The notes under the pieces: generated by a model | What the model was told of the DNA's origin: nothing | The model's database searches: none | Seen by the model: the letters and a program-made list of their open reading frames with translations, nothing else | Position numbers and translations under genes: made by a program | Assembly: GCA_016840095.1 (NCBI GenBank) | Contig: JAEOSZ010000109.1 | Location: 1 to 38,965, forward strand | DNA: 38,965 nucleotides | Direction of reading: 5' to 3' | DNA from: Candidatus Heimdallarchaeota archaeon | GTDB lineage: Archaea; Asgardarchaeota; Heimdallarchaeia; Heimdallarchaeales; Heimdallarchaeaceae | Shown: positions 1 to 8,362 of the stretch, in pieces | Layout of the letters: the number at the start of each line of letters is the position of its first letter | How positions within the stretch are numbered: position 1 is the stretch's first letter

Positions 1-13
1 AAAAGTGATATCT

Positions 14-1150
14 ATGGAAGAGATGATTCAAAATAAACCGCTGGTTATAGATAACGGTACAGGTTTTACAAAGAACGGTTTTGCAGGCGAGGATCAACCA
101 AGAAGTGTTTTTCCAACAATAATTGGTTATCCAAAATATCAGATCATCATGACTGATGTCGAACATTATGTTCGTGAGTATTACATTGGAGAAGAAGCAA
201 TTAACCTTCGTGGTGTTTTGAAACTTGTTTATCCAGTCGAACATGGACAAGTTCAAGATTGGGATGCTATGGAAAGAATCTGGCATTATACATTTTATAA
301 TGATTTAAGAGTCAATCCAAATGAACATCCTGTTCTATTAACTGAACCTCCATTAAACAAAAATCAAAACAAGGAGAAAATGGCAGAATTAATGTTTGAT
401 ACATTCAATGTTCCCGCAATGTATATATCAATGCAAGCTATTCTATCACTTTATGCTTCTGGTCGTACAACTGGAATAGTTGTAGACTCAGGAGATGGAG
501 TTACTCACATTGTTCCTGTCTATGAAGGTTTCGCAATCAGTCACGCGATACACAGATCCGATATTGGTGGTCGAGATGTTACAGATTACCTCAGAAGACT
601 TCTACGTCAAAGAGGATATTCTCTATCCAGCAGTGCTGAAAGAGAAATAGTCCGTGATATTAAGGAGCGCCTTTGTTACGTAGCTTTAGATCCTGAAAAG
701 GAACTAAAACTAGCAGAAAAAGTATCTGGAATGGAAAAGACATATACACTACCCGATGGTGAAACATTGACCATTGGTGCCGAGCGTTTCATGGCTCCCG
801 AGTTGTTCTTTAATCCAGGTGCTATCGGTTCAGAAGAAAACCCATTAGATGAATTAATCTATAGATCCATCCAGAATTGTGATGTCGATCTCAGAAGAGA
901 TCTATATGCAAATATCGTTTTATCCGGTGGTTCAACAATGTTCCCAGGTCTTAAGGAACGTTTACACAAAGAATTAACTGAACTTGTTCCAGAAACAATG
1001 GAAGTTAAAATCATTGCCCCACCTGAAAGAAGATATTCAGTCTGGATTGGTGGTAGTATTTTAAGTTCTCTAAAAACATTCGCTAAATTGTGGGTCACCC
1101 GCAAAGAATATAGAGAAATTGGTCCTACCTCAGTTTATCGCTGTATCTAA
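14..1150 (+). CDS. Actin (Asgard conserved actin / Lokiactin-type)
   Basis: Actin motifs throughout: VIDNGTG, YPVEHG (His73 equivalent), [72 protein letters not shown]. The ORF track starts at GTG 5; ATG 14 (MEEMIQ) is more likely, with GTGA just upstream. Confidence 0.97.
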   Translation: MEEMIQNKPLVIDNGTGFTKNGFAGEDQPRSVFPTIIGYPKYQIIMTDVEHYVREYYIGEEAINLRGVLKLVYPVEHGQVQDWDAMERIWHYTFYNDLRVNPNEHPVLLTEPPLNKNQNKEKMAELMFDTFNVPAMYISMQAILSLYASGRTTGIVVDSGDGVTHIVPVYEGFAISHAIHRSDIGGRDVTDYLRRLLRQRGYSLSSSAEREIVRDIKERLCYVALDPEKELKLAEKVSGMEKTYTLPDGETLTIGAERFMAPELFFNPGAIGSEENPLDELIYRSIQNCDVDLRRDLYANIVLSGGSTMFPGLKERLHKELTELVPETMEVKIIAPPERRYSVWIGGSILSSLKTFAKLWVTRKEYREIGPTSVYRCI

Positions 1151-1152
1151 GA

Positions 1153-1186
1153 TTTTTTCCTTTCTTTTTCTTTTATTTTTTATTAA
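1153..1186 (+). terminator. Oligo-T terminator after actin
   Basis: Long T-rich tract immediately after the TAA stop, typical of archaeal termination. Confidence 0.6.
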
Positions 1187-1329
1187 TTTGTGAGTTCTGA
1201 AACAACAAGTATACAATAATGGCAATATTAATATCCAAAAATTAGATTGTGCTCTGTTTCCCGTTTATCAAAAGATTTATTTGATTTACACTGCTGCATT
1301 GTTTTAGTATATACGTGAGAGTAAAACAA

Positions 1330-1671
1330 ATGGCAGCACCACAAATTACACCAGAGCAACAGGAAGACATTCAACGATTCAACCAACTTGTTCAGCAATT
1401 GGAAGTTATTCGAATGAATTTGCAACAGCTTGAGCTAGAGAAACGTGATGTAGATATTGCACTGAAAGAAACAAAAGACATGGATTCTTCTACAGTTATT
1501 TATCGTTCCGCAGGAAGATTGTTGTTCCAATCAAGTGTTGAAGATATCAAAACTTACCTTACAGAAGAACAAGAAAAAATTGAAGTCAGACTTTCCTCGT
1601 TAACCAATAGAGAAAAGAAACTAATGGCTTCCGTAAAAGAACTACAAGAGAAGCTTATGGGGAAGAAATAA
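1330..1671 (+). CDS. pfdB: Prefoldin beta subunit
   Basis: Coiled coil / beta hairpin (VIYRSAGRLLFQ) / coiled coil, ~113 aa. Followed by the small ORF and DHH gene as in the conserved archaeal block. ATG 1330 preferred over GTG 1315. Confidence 0.9.
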   Translation: MAAPQITPEQQEDIQRFNQLVQQLEVIRMNLQQLELEKRDVDIALKETKDMDSSTVIYRSAGRLLFQSSVEDIKTYLTEEQEKIEVRLSSLTNREKKLMASVKELQEKLMGKK

Positions 1672-1716
1672 TTCCCATTTCAACTCTTCTTCAATTATTT
1701 TAAGAGTAAAACAAAA

Positions 1717-2022
1717 ATGTCATCTGAAATAGAAGATATAGGAATAAAAGCCTTAACTGATGAGGAATTGGAAGAAATAGCGTTTAATGTAGAAGAGAAA
1801 ATTCTCAATTTTATTCAGAATCATACATCTGGACAACTTCTTACAGATTATAGTATAATTGTAAATCTTTCACAAACTCCAGACAACATACTCACTTTAG
1901 CTTTAGATTTAGACATTGCTGGAGGATTATCTTCCTCACAATTAGAGAGTTTACAACAAGAGCTTTTTGAATATGGCCAAATAACTCTAAAGGAGGAACT
2001 GAAATGTCTCAAGAATTCTTAA
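1717..2022 (+). CDS. Small acidic conserved archaeal protein (DUF3194-like)
   Basis: 101 aa, LTDEELEEI N-terminus, helix-strand-strand-helix pattern. Its position between pfdB and DHH matches the usual DUF3194 locus. Confidence 0.6.
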   Translation: MSSEIEDIGIKALTDEELEEIAFNVEEKILNFIQNHTSGQLLTDYSIIVNLSQTPDNILTLALDLDIAGGLSSSQLESLQQELFEYGQITLKEELKCLKNS

Positions 2023-3014
2023 AAATGGTAGATTTACTTAATCAAGAAAACACCAAATATATTGGTATTTTTACACACCAGAATGCTGATCCTGATTCAG
2101 TATCAAGTGCAATTGGTTTGAAGTATTTACTAGAAAAATATGTTCCTTCATCAACAATATATCTGTTTTCTCATACTATGAGTACATTATCTAAAAAACT
2201 ATTAGAGTTTACAAAAGATAGATTCTTGGATACTATAGAAAACATAGATTTAGACGCAATCTTCCTTTGTGATACAAACAATCTTGAGCAAATCGGGGGA
2301 TTTTCATTAAGTAAATTTTTTGAAAAAAAAGGTTTATCCTTTGTAATAGATCACCACTCTCATCATGATTTCACAGATCAAGTTAATTATTCGATAATCA
2401 AGAAGTTATCTTCAACAGCAGAGATCCTATCCCAAATTTACCTTGAGTTGAAAATTAAACCACCTGCAGATATAGCCACTTTACTTCTAATAGGAATGAT
2501 TTTTGATTCAAGACGATTTCAATATATTTCTTCATCAACTTTTTCTACAGTAGAATTACTTATTCAAAATGGAGGAAATTATGAAAAGGCGCTCTCTACA
2601 TTGCAATCACAAATGACAGTATCTGAAAGAATGGCTAGATTAAAAGGAACAAAGAGAGCTTTGCATTATAAAGATGGCGAAAACATTTACACAATATCCT
2701 ATATCAGTAGTTTTGAATCATCTGTAGCACGTTCTTTGATAGGTGTTGGAACAGATTTTGCAGCAATTGTTGCACTAAATCAAGAAGATGAGATAAGGAT
2801 TAGTTTGAGAAGTTCAGTTCAGTTCGCTAAGAAAAATAATGTTAACCTTGGAGAAATTGCAAACAATATAGCAAATAAGTTCCATGGTTCTGGTGGAGGT
2901 CATTTAACTGCTGCAGGGATGAATATCAAAACAGTTGAAAGTTTCCCAAAAGATAAAGAGAAATTATTGGAATATATATTAGATTTAATTTTAAGTGAAA
3001 TCAAGAATAAGTAG
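2004..3014 (+). CDS. DHH/DHHA1 family phosphoesterase (NrnA-like)
   Basis: HQNADPDS, DTN, IDHH and C-terminal GGGHLTAAG motifs. Confidence 0.92.
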   Translation: MSQEFLKMVDLLNQENTKYIGIFTHQNADPDSVSSAIGLKYLLEKYVPSSTIYLFSHTMSTLSKKLLEFTKDRFLDTIENIDLDAIFLCDTNNLEQIGGFSLSKFFEKKGLSFVIDHHSHHDFTDQVNYSIIKKLSSTAEILSQIYLELKIKPPADIATLLLIGMIFDSRRFQYISSSTFSTVELLIQNGGNYEKALSTLQSQMTVSERMARLKGTKRALHYKDGENIYTISYISSFESSVARSLIGVGTDFAAIVALNQEDEIRISLRSSVQFAKKNNVNLGEIANNIANKFHGSGGGHLTAAGMNIKTVESFPKDKEKLLEYILDLILSEIKNK

Positions 3015-3032
3015 TATTTTGGAGGTTGAGTT

Positions 3033-4499
3033 GTGAAAGAAACCACCATCTCATTTAACAACTTCAGTTTCAAGTATTTATTCAGAGATCAACCTGCACT
3101 TGTTGACTTCAATCTTTCAGTTTCCAGAGGAGAGTTCTTGGTAATTACAGGTGCTAGTGGTTCAGGTAAGAGTACTATATGCTATTCGATGTTAGGTTTA
3201 TTAGAAAAATTCTATGAAGGAGAAAAACAAGGAAATCTACAATTGAATGATATTGAAATCTCTAATTCGCAGACCTCTGAACTTTCAAAACTTATAGGAT
3301 ATATTCCACAAAGGATTGAAAATTCCTTTGTTACACCTTACGTATTCTCAGAAATTGCTTTTTCTTTAGAATACCAGAAATATACAAAATCTGAAATTAT
3401 GTCCAAGGTTCATTCTGTTGTTAAAGATTTAAACATTCAGAAGATTTTTGAAAGAAAATTAAACGAACTATCAGAAGGGGAAAAACAACTTGTTGCAATA
3501 GCAGCAGCTATTGTTAATAAACCAGCGATAATTATCGCGGATGAGCCTTTAGCAAATTTAGATCAAGCTAACAAGAAGATAATTCTTGAAACATTGTACC
3601 AATTAAACAAAAAGGGAAAAACAATAATAATAGCAACCCATGAGTATGAAGAATATTTGCAATTTGCTTCAAGAGTCATTAAAATGTATATGGGAAGAAT
3701 AGTGGATGAAATTCTTCCCAAAAAAAGCCCTATTTCTAAAACAAAGAAAGAGAAATCAATCATTACAACTGATGTTGACATTGATACAACTGCTAAGTTA
3801 AGTGTTGAAAATCTTAATTTTGGTTTTTCAAATGAATTTCAGATATCAGATATTTCATTTAAAATCAATGAAGGTCAAGTTCTAGCACTTGTAGGTGATA
3901 ATGGTTCAGGAAAAACAACTCTACTTAAACTTATTATTGGGTTACATAAACAGAAAAACGGCTCTGTTAAAATAGATAACATAGATCTGAAATCTCTTTC
4001 TTGGATTGAGAGAACTCAGAAAATTGGTGTTGTTTTCCAAAATCCAGATGTACAATTTTTTGAAGAAAAAACTATAGATGAAATTTCATTAATATCTAGA
4101 AATCTTGGAAAAGAAATAATCTCTGACGATATTATCATAAATTCGAGACAAAGCGGCTTAGAAAAACTACTACAATATAACCCTCATTCACTGTCTCACG
4201 GAGAAAAAAGAAGACTGGCTTTTCTCTCAACAATACATCATAGACCAGAAGTTCTAATTTTAGATGAGATTACAAGTGGTTTGGATGACAATAATAAATC
4301 CTGGATTAAAAATCAGATTGAAACTCTGAAAGCTGAGGGAACTACTATAATAGTAATTTCACATAACATGAAATGGGTTCATGAAGTCGCTGATGAGGTG
4401 CTAGGATTAAAAGATGGTCAAATCAAATTTAGACTTCCAATAGAACAATTTGATATTGATTCTTATACTGATTATTTTGAAAGTTCTATAAAGGAGTGA
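3033..4499 (+). CDS. ECF transporter ATPase with two fused ABC domains
   Basis: Two Walker A motifs (GASGSGKS, GDNGSGKT), signatures LSEGEKQ and LSHGEKRR, Walker B ADEP and LDE, FQNPD. Overlaps the downstream T component. Confidence 0.92.
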   Translation: MKETTISFNNFSFKYLFRDQPALVDFNLSVSRGEFLVITGASGSGKSTICYSMLGLLEKFYEGEKQGNLQLNDIEISNSQTSELSKLIGYIPQRIENSFVTPYVFSEIAFSLEYQKYTKSEIMSKVHSVVKDLNIQKIFERKLNELSEGEKQLVAIAAAIVNKPAIIIADEPLANLDQANKKIILETLYQLNKKGKTIIIATHEYEEYLQFASRVIKMYMGRIVDEILPKKSPISKTKKEKSIITTDVDIDTTAKLSVENLNFGFSNEFQISDISFKINEGQVLALVGDNGSGKTTLLKLIIGLHKQKNGSVKIDNIDLKSLSWIERTQKIGVVFQNPDVQFFEEKTIDEISLISRNLGKEIISDDIIINSRQSGLEKLLQYNPHSLSHGEKRRLAFLSTIHHRPEVLILDEITSGLDDNNKSWIKNQIETLKAEGTTIIVISHNMKWVHEVADEVLGLKDGQIKFRLPIEQFDIDSYTDYFESSIKE

Positions 4500-5242
4500 T
4501 AAAAGTGGAAATAGTTGTAATAAAAGACATAGGAAAAAACCTTCTGAGGAGAAGATTCAGTTTCGATCCAAGAACAAAAGCAATAGTAGTTCTTGTGGTG
4601 CTTATTTCTGTCCTTTATTCAGACAATATATATTTATTGGGTAGTTTAGCAGTGTTTTCTCTTTTCATAGTTCTCCTTGAAAAGGCAAAAACAAAGTTTA
4701 TACTTCTATCGTTATTCTTTCTTTCATTATTTTCTCTAATTGCTACACTTCTTGCAAATATTACTCTTGCTGTTGAAAATGTCTACCTTCTTTATGCAGT
4801 TATTTTATGCCGATTTGTCACATCTTTTCTGATTGTGTCTTGGTTTTTCCATTCAGTAGAACCTTATGAGTTAGCTCTCTCTTTGGAGAGAATGTATATC
4901 CCTGCTATGTTGGTTTGGTTTATTATTACTATTTACCAGTTTATCCCAGTGACTGCAAAGGAAGCAAGAGAAGTAAATGATACTAGAAAAATTAAAGGAT
5001 TAACAGCAAAAAGTTGGCAAATTCGAAAACAATTCTATAATCTTAAAAAAACATTAAAGCCCTTAATTGCAGGTTCAATAAACAGAGGTATTGATTTAGC
5101 TGAATCTATGATGATTAAAGGATTCATTCCAAAAAGAAGAAAAAATATTTATTTTGATGTGAGAATTAGATTTATTGATATTATCACAATGGTTGTTTTG
5201 ATTTCAGTATTGGTTTTAGTAATTTTGTTTCTAAAAGAGTAA
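4496..5242 (+). CDS. ECF transporter transmembrane T component (EcfT/CbiQ family)
   Basis: DPRTK motif, hydrophobic N-half, coupling helices (RKIKG, LAESMMIKGF). Coupled to the ATPase. Confidence 0.88.
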   Translation: MIKVEIVVIKDIGKNLLRRRFSFDPRTKAIVVLVVLISVLYSDNIYLLGSLAVFSLFIVLLEKAKTKFILLSLFFLSLFSLIATLLANITLAVENVYLLYAVILCRFVTSFLIVSWFFHSVEPYELALSLERMYIPAMLVWFIITIYQFIPVTAKEAREVNDTRKIKGLTAKSWQIRKQFYNLKKTLKPLIAGSINRGIDLAESMMIKGFIPKRRKNIYFDVRIRFIDIITMVVLISVLVLVILFLKE

Positions 5243-5243
5243 T

Positions 5244-5873
5244 TCATCTTTTCTCCAAATATTCAACAATGAATTTTTGAAGATCATCCTCTACTTCTTG
5301 AATTGATTTATTTACATTCATAACATGAATTAAATCCGGGAATTTTTCAGCTAGTTTAAAGTAAATTTCACTTACTTTTTGCAGATTCTCTTTTTTCTCA
5401 AATGTATTTACACCTTCTTCTCTCTCTGCAGATATTCTAGCTATTGCTTCATCTATTGGCAAATCTAAAAGCAAGACAATGTTTGGAACAATTGAAACCT
5501 TTAAATTTTCTTCAAGAATGAAGTTCCAATCCAACCCCCTTGCACCCTGATATGCTACAGATGAGAAATAATATCTGTCTGTAACAACTATTTTTCCATC
5601 CTTCAACATAGGAATAACTTCATCCCTAAGATGAATAATCCTATCTTCCAAGAAAAGCTTGAATTCTTCTTCAACAGGTAAACGTTCAGGATAAAAGAAA
5701 CTTTCTCTTAATCTTCTACCAGGTAACGAATATCTAGTAGGCTCAGTTGTGTAAACTGCATCAAATCCAAGAGAACATAGATATCCTACGAGTAATCTAG
5801 AATGAGTGGTTTTCCCTGAACCATCGATTCCTTCAACACATATGAATACACCAGAAGAAGGAGATTCTAACAT
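5244..5873 (-). CDS. tmk: Thymidylate kinase
   Basis: EGIDGSGKTT P-loop, TEP, DRYYFSSVAYQG. Confidence 0.95.
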   Translation of the reverse strand: MLESPSSGVFICVEGIDGSGKTTHSRLLVGYLCSLGFDAVYTTEPTRYSLPGRRLRESFFYPERLPVEEEFKLFLEDRIIHLRDEVIPMLKDGKIVVTDRYYFSSVAYQGARGLDWNFILEENLKVSIVPNIVLLLDLPIDEAIARISAEREEGVNTFEKKENLQKVSEIYFKLAEKFPDLIHVMNVNKSIQEVEDDLQKFIVEYLEKR

Positions 5874-5996
5874 AACACCTACTGTTAAGAAATAGAATAA
5901 AACAATTTTGGTGGGATACAGAGAATTTTCAGAGAAATGTTTTTATTGAAACTATCGTGGTTAAAATACGATAGAAACAAGTATTTGAGTGATATC

Positions 5997-7358
5997 ATGT
6001 TCACAGAAAATTTTATTTCTTTAACCGATTATGCTGTAAAGGCTTTTGAATCAAGTTCATTTGATTCATACGAGATAAGTTGTGTTGACAGATTGCATGC
6101 ACTTACAAGATTTGCGGAATCCACAATTCATCAAAATGTTTCTGATCATACAAACAGATTTCTTTTCAAAGCTTCAAAAGGGAAAAAACTTTGTTCTTTA
6201 TCTCTTACCTCTCTTACCAAAAAATCAATTGATTCAGCTATATCACAATTGGAATCAATGTTATCTTTTATCCCAGAAATTCCATTTTATCAAGGATTTC
6301 CTGAAGATTCGGATAAAATAATACCATCTATTAATGCAACAGGTAATTTACTGGATGAGTATCAACGTGCAGATGTAGTAGAAACAGCTATTGCTGAAGC
6401 TGAAGCTGTAGATAAGAGTGCCAAATTAGCAGGTGCAACTTCTATCACTGATCTTCGTTATAGAGTTTTGAATTCTAATGGCATAGATATCTCTCATAGA
6501 ATAACCTACAATAGTCTAATTATCAATTCCTTAACTGAAAAGGAAAACAAAGGGTATGCAAAAGAAGAACAACATGAAAGAAATCCGAGTTTATTCAAAC
6601 CTGAAGAACTTTCCAGAAAAGCAACAGAATTATCTATAAGTACATGTTCCTCAAAAGATTATGAGCCTGGAGAATATGAAGTTGTACTCTCTCCTGGAGC
6701 TGCTAGTACTTTGATGAGATTCCTATCATTTGGATTTAATGGATTAGGATATCATGAATCACAAAGTTTTGTTACTGACCAAATTGGTTCTCAAATGTTT
6801 GACTCAAAATTAACATTACAAGACGATCCATTGAACCCTGAAACTCTACTAGCATCACCAATAGATGGAGAAGGTGTGAGGAAAAAACCAGTTTTTCTGG
6901 TTGAAGAAGGTATTCCTAAATCAATTATTTATAATAATTTCATTGCATCAAGATACTTAAACGACAAAGGACTTAGCACAGGGCATCAAGTCATTCCTTT
7001 TAGTGATTATATTTTTGGAATGGTAATGCCTATCAATCTAACAGTTTATCCAGGTGATTCCTCTATTCCAGAAATGATTGAAGAAACTAAGAAAGGTTTC
7101 TTTGTTAACAGATTACATTATACTAATTTTGTTAATCGTAAATTAGGTGCAATTACAGGCTTAACAAGAGATGGTATTTTATACATTGAAGATGGAGAAG
7201 TTGTTTCTGCAGCTAAAAATTTCAGATTTACTGACAAACTTACTTCTTGTCTCAAAGACATACCTTTGATTGGTAAAGAGCAATCAACTGGTGTCTCTAT
7301 GAATTGTCCTGCACTTAAACTAAAATCCTTCAATTTCACAGGCAAGAGTAAACATTAG
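5997..7358 (+). CDS. TldE/PmbA family protein
   Basis: TRFAESTIHQN, PGEYEVVLSP, DGEG, TGLTRDG, NFRF. Lacks the HExxxH motif, so it is the non-catalytic partner. ATG 5997 preferred over 5937. Confidence 0.88.
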   Translation: MFTENFISLTDYAVKAFESSSFDSYEISCVDRLHALTRFAESTIHQNVSDHTNRFLFKASKGKKLCSLSLTSLTKKSIDSAISQLESMLSFIPEIPFYQGFPEDSDKIIPSINATGNLLDEYQRADVVETAIAEAEAVDKSAKLAGATSITDLRYRVLNSNGIDISHRITYNSLIINSLTEKENKGYAKEEQHERNPSLFKPEELSRKATELSISTCSSKDYEPGEYEVVLSPGAASTLMRFLSFGFNGLGYHESQSFVTDQIGSQMFDSKLTLQDDPLNPETLLASPIDGEGVRKKPVFLVEEGIPKSIIYNNFIASRYLNDKGLSTGHQVIPFSDYIFGMVMPINLTVYPGDSSIPEMIEETKKGFFVNRLHYTNFVNRKLGAITGLTRDGILYIEDGEVVSAAKNFRFTDKLTSCLKDIPLIGKEQSTGVSMNCPALKLKSFNFTGKSKH

Positions 7359-7371
7359 ATGTGAGTTTACT

Positions 7372-8325
7372 ATGATAGAAAAGATAGAAAAAGTACATAA
7401 TAGAATCAAGAACACAATCAACAAAACACCTGTTATGACATCCACAATGCTAAATCAATTATCTAAAGCTACTTGTTTTCTCAAAATGGAAAGTTTTCAA
7501 AGAACAGGTTCGTTTAAGTTTAGAGGTGCTTACAATGCTATCTCAAGTTTACCATCAGAACTTAAAGCTAAGGGTGTAACTACTCATTCTTCAGGAAATC
7601 ATGCTCAAGCACTATCACTTGCAGCTAAAATGGCAGAAGTAAAGGCAGTAGTAGTTATGCCTGAAAATGCTCCGTCAATAAAGGTAGCAGCTACAAAAGG
7701 ATATGGTGCTGAAGTGGTTTTCTGTGGAACAAATCCAGGTGATAGAGAAGAAACAACTCAAACACTAATTGATGAACAAGGGTATACATTAATTCATTCA
7801 AATAATAATCTGGATGTTATTGGGGGACAGGGAACTTCAGCATATGAATTAATAGAGGAAGTTGGGGAGTTAGACTATATTTTTGCACCTTGTGGCGGAG
7901 GAGGATTATTATCAGGTACTGTCACAGCTGCAAAAGAATTGAGCTCTAAAACTAAAGTAATTGGAGTTGAACCAAAGAATGCTGATGATGCTTATAGGTC
8001 ATTTAAAGAAAAGAAGTACCATCCAGTCTTAAGCCCAAACACAATAGCTGATGGGTTACGTGTTTCTCTTGGTTCTAACACATTTAAAATCATACTTGAA
8101 CATGTGACTGACATAATTACCGTTACAGAAGAAGAAATTGTTAATGCTATGGAATTTTTATGGTCAAGAATGAAGCTTGTTGTTGAACCATCAGGTGCTG
8201 TTTCCTTAGCAGGAATTTTATCCGGCAAAGTTAACCTAGAAAACAAAAGAGTCGGAGCAATAATATCAGGAGGAAATGTCGATTTAACTGTTTTTTTCAA
8301 TATGATTAGAGAAAAGATAAGCTAA
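7372..8325 (+). CDS. PLP-dependent threonine/serine dehydratase / serine racemase family
   Basis: QRTGSFKFRGA (PLP lysine), SSGNHAQ, GGGGLLSG, TIADGL, EPSGA, SGGN. No ACT domain. Confidence 0.92.
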   Translation: MIEKIEKVHNRIKNTINKTPVMTSTMLNQLSKATCFLKMESFQRTGSFKFRGAYNAISSLPSELKAKGVTTHSSGNHAQALSLAAKMAEVKAVVVMPENAPSIKVAATKGYGAEVVFCGTNPGDREETTQTLIDEQGYTLIHSNNNLDVIGGQGTSAYELIEEVGELDYIFAPCGGGGLLSGTVTAAKELSSKTKVIGVEPKNADDAYRSFKEKKYHPVLSPNTIADGLRVSLGSNTFKIILEHVTDIITVTEEEIVNAMEFLWSRMKLVVEPSGAVSLAGILSGKVNLENKRVGAIISGGNVDLTVFFNMIREKIS

Positions 8326-8336
8326 TCTATTAATAG

Positions 8337-8361
8337 AAAAAGAAAAAGAAAAAAGAAGAAG
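8337..8361 (-). terminator. Oligo-T terminator of the 811-aa surface protein gene
   Basis: A-rich tract on + (GAAAAAGAAAAAGAAAAAAGAAG), which is a T tract on -, directly after that gene's stop. Confidence 0.55.
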
Positions 8362-8362
8362 G

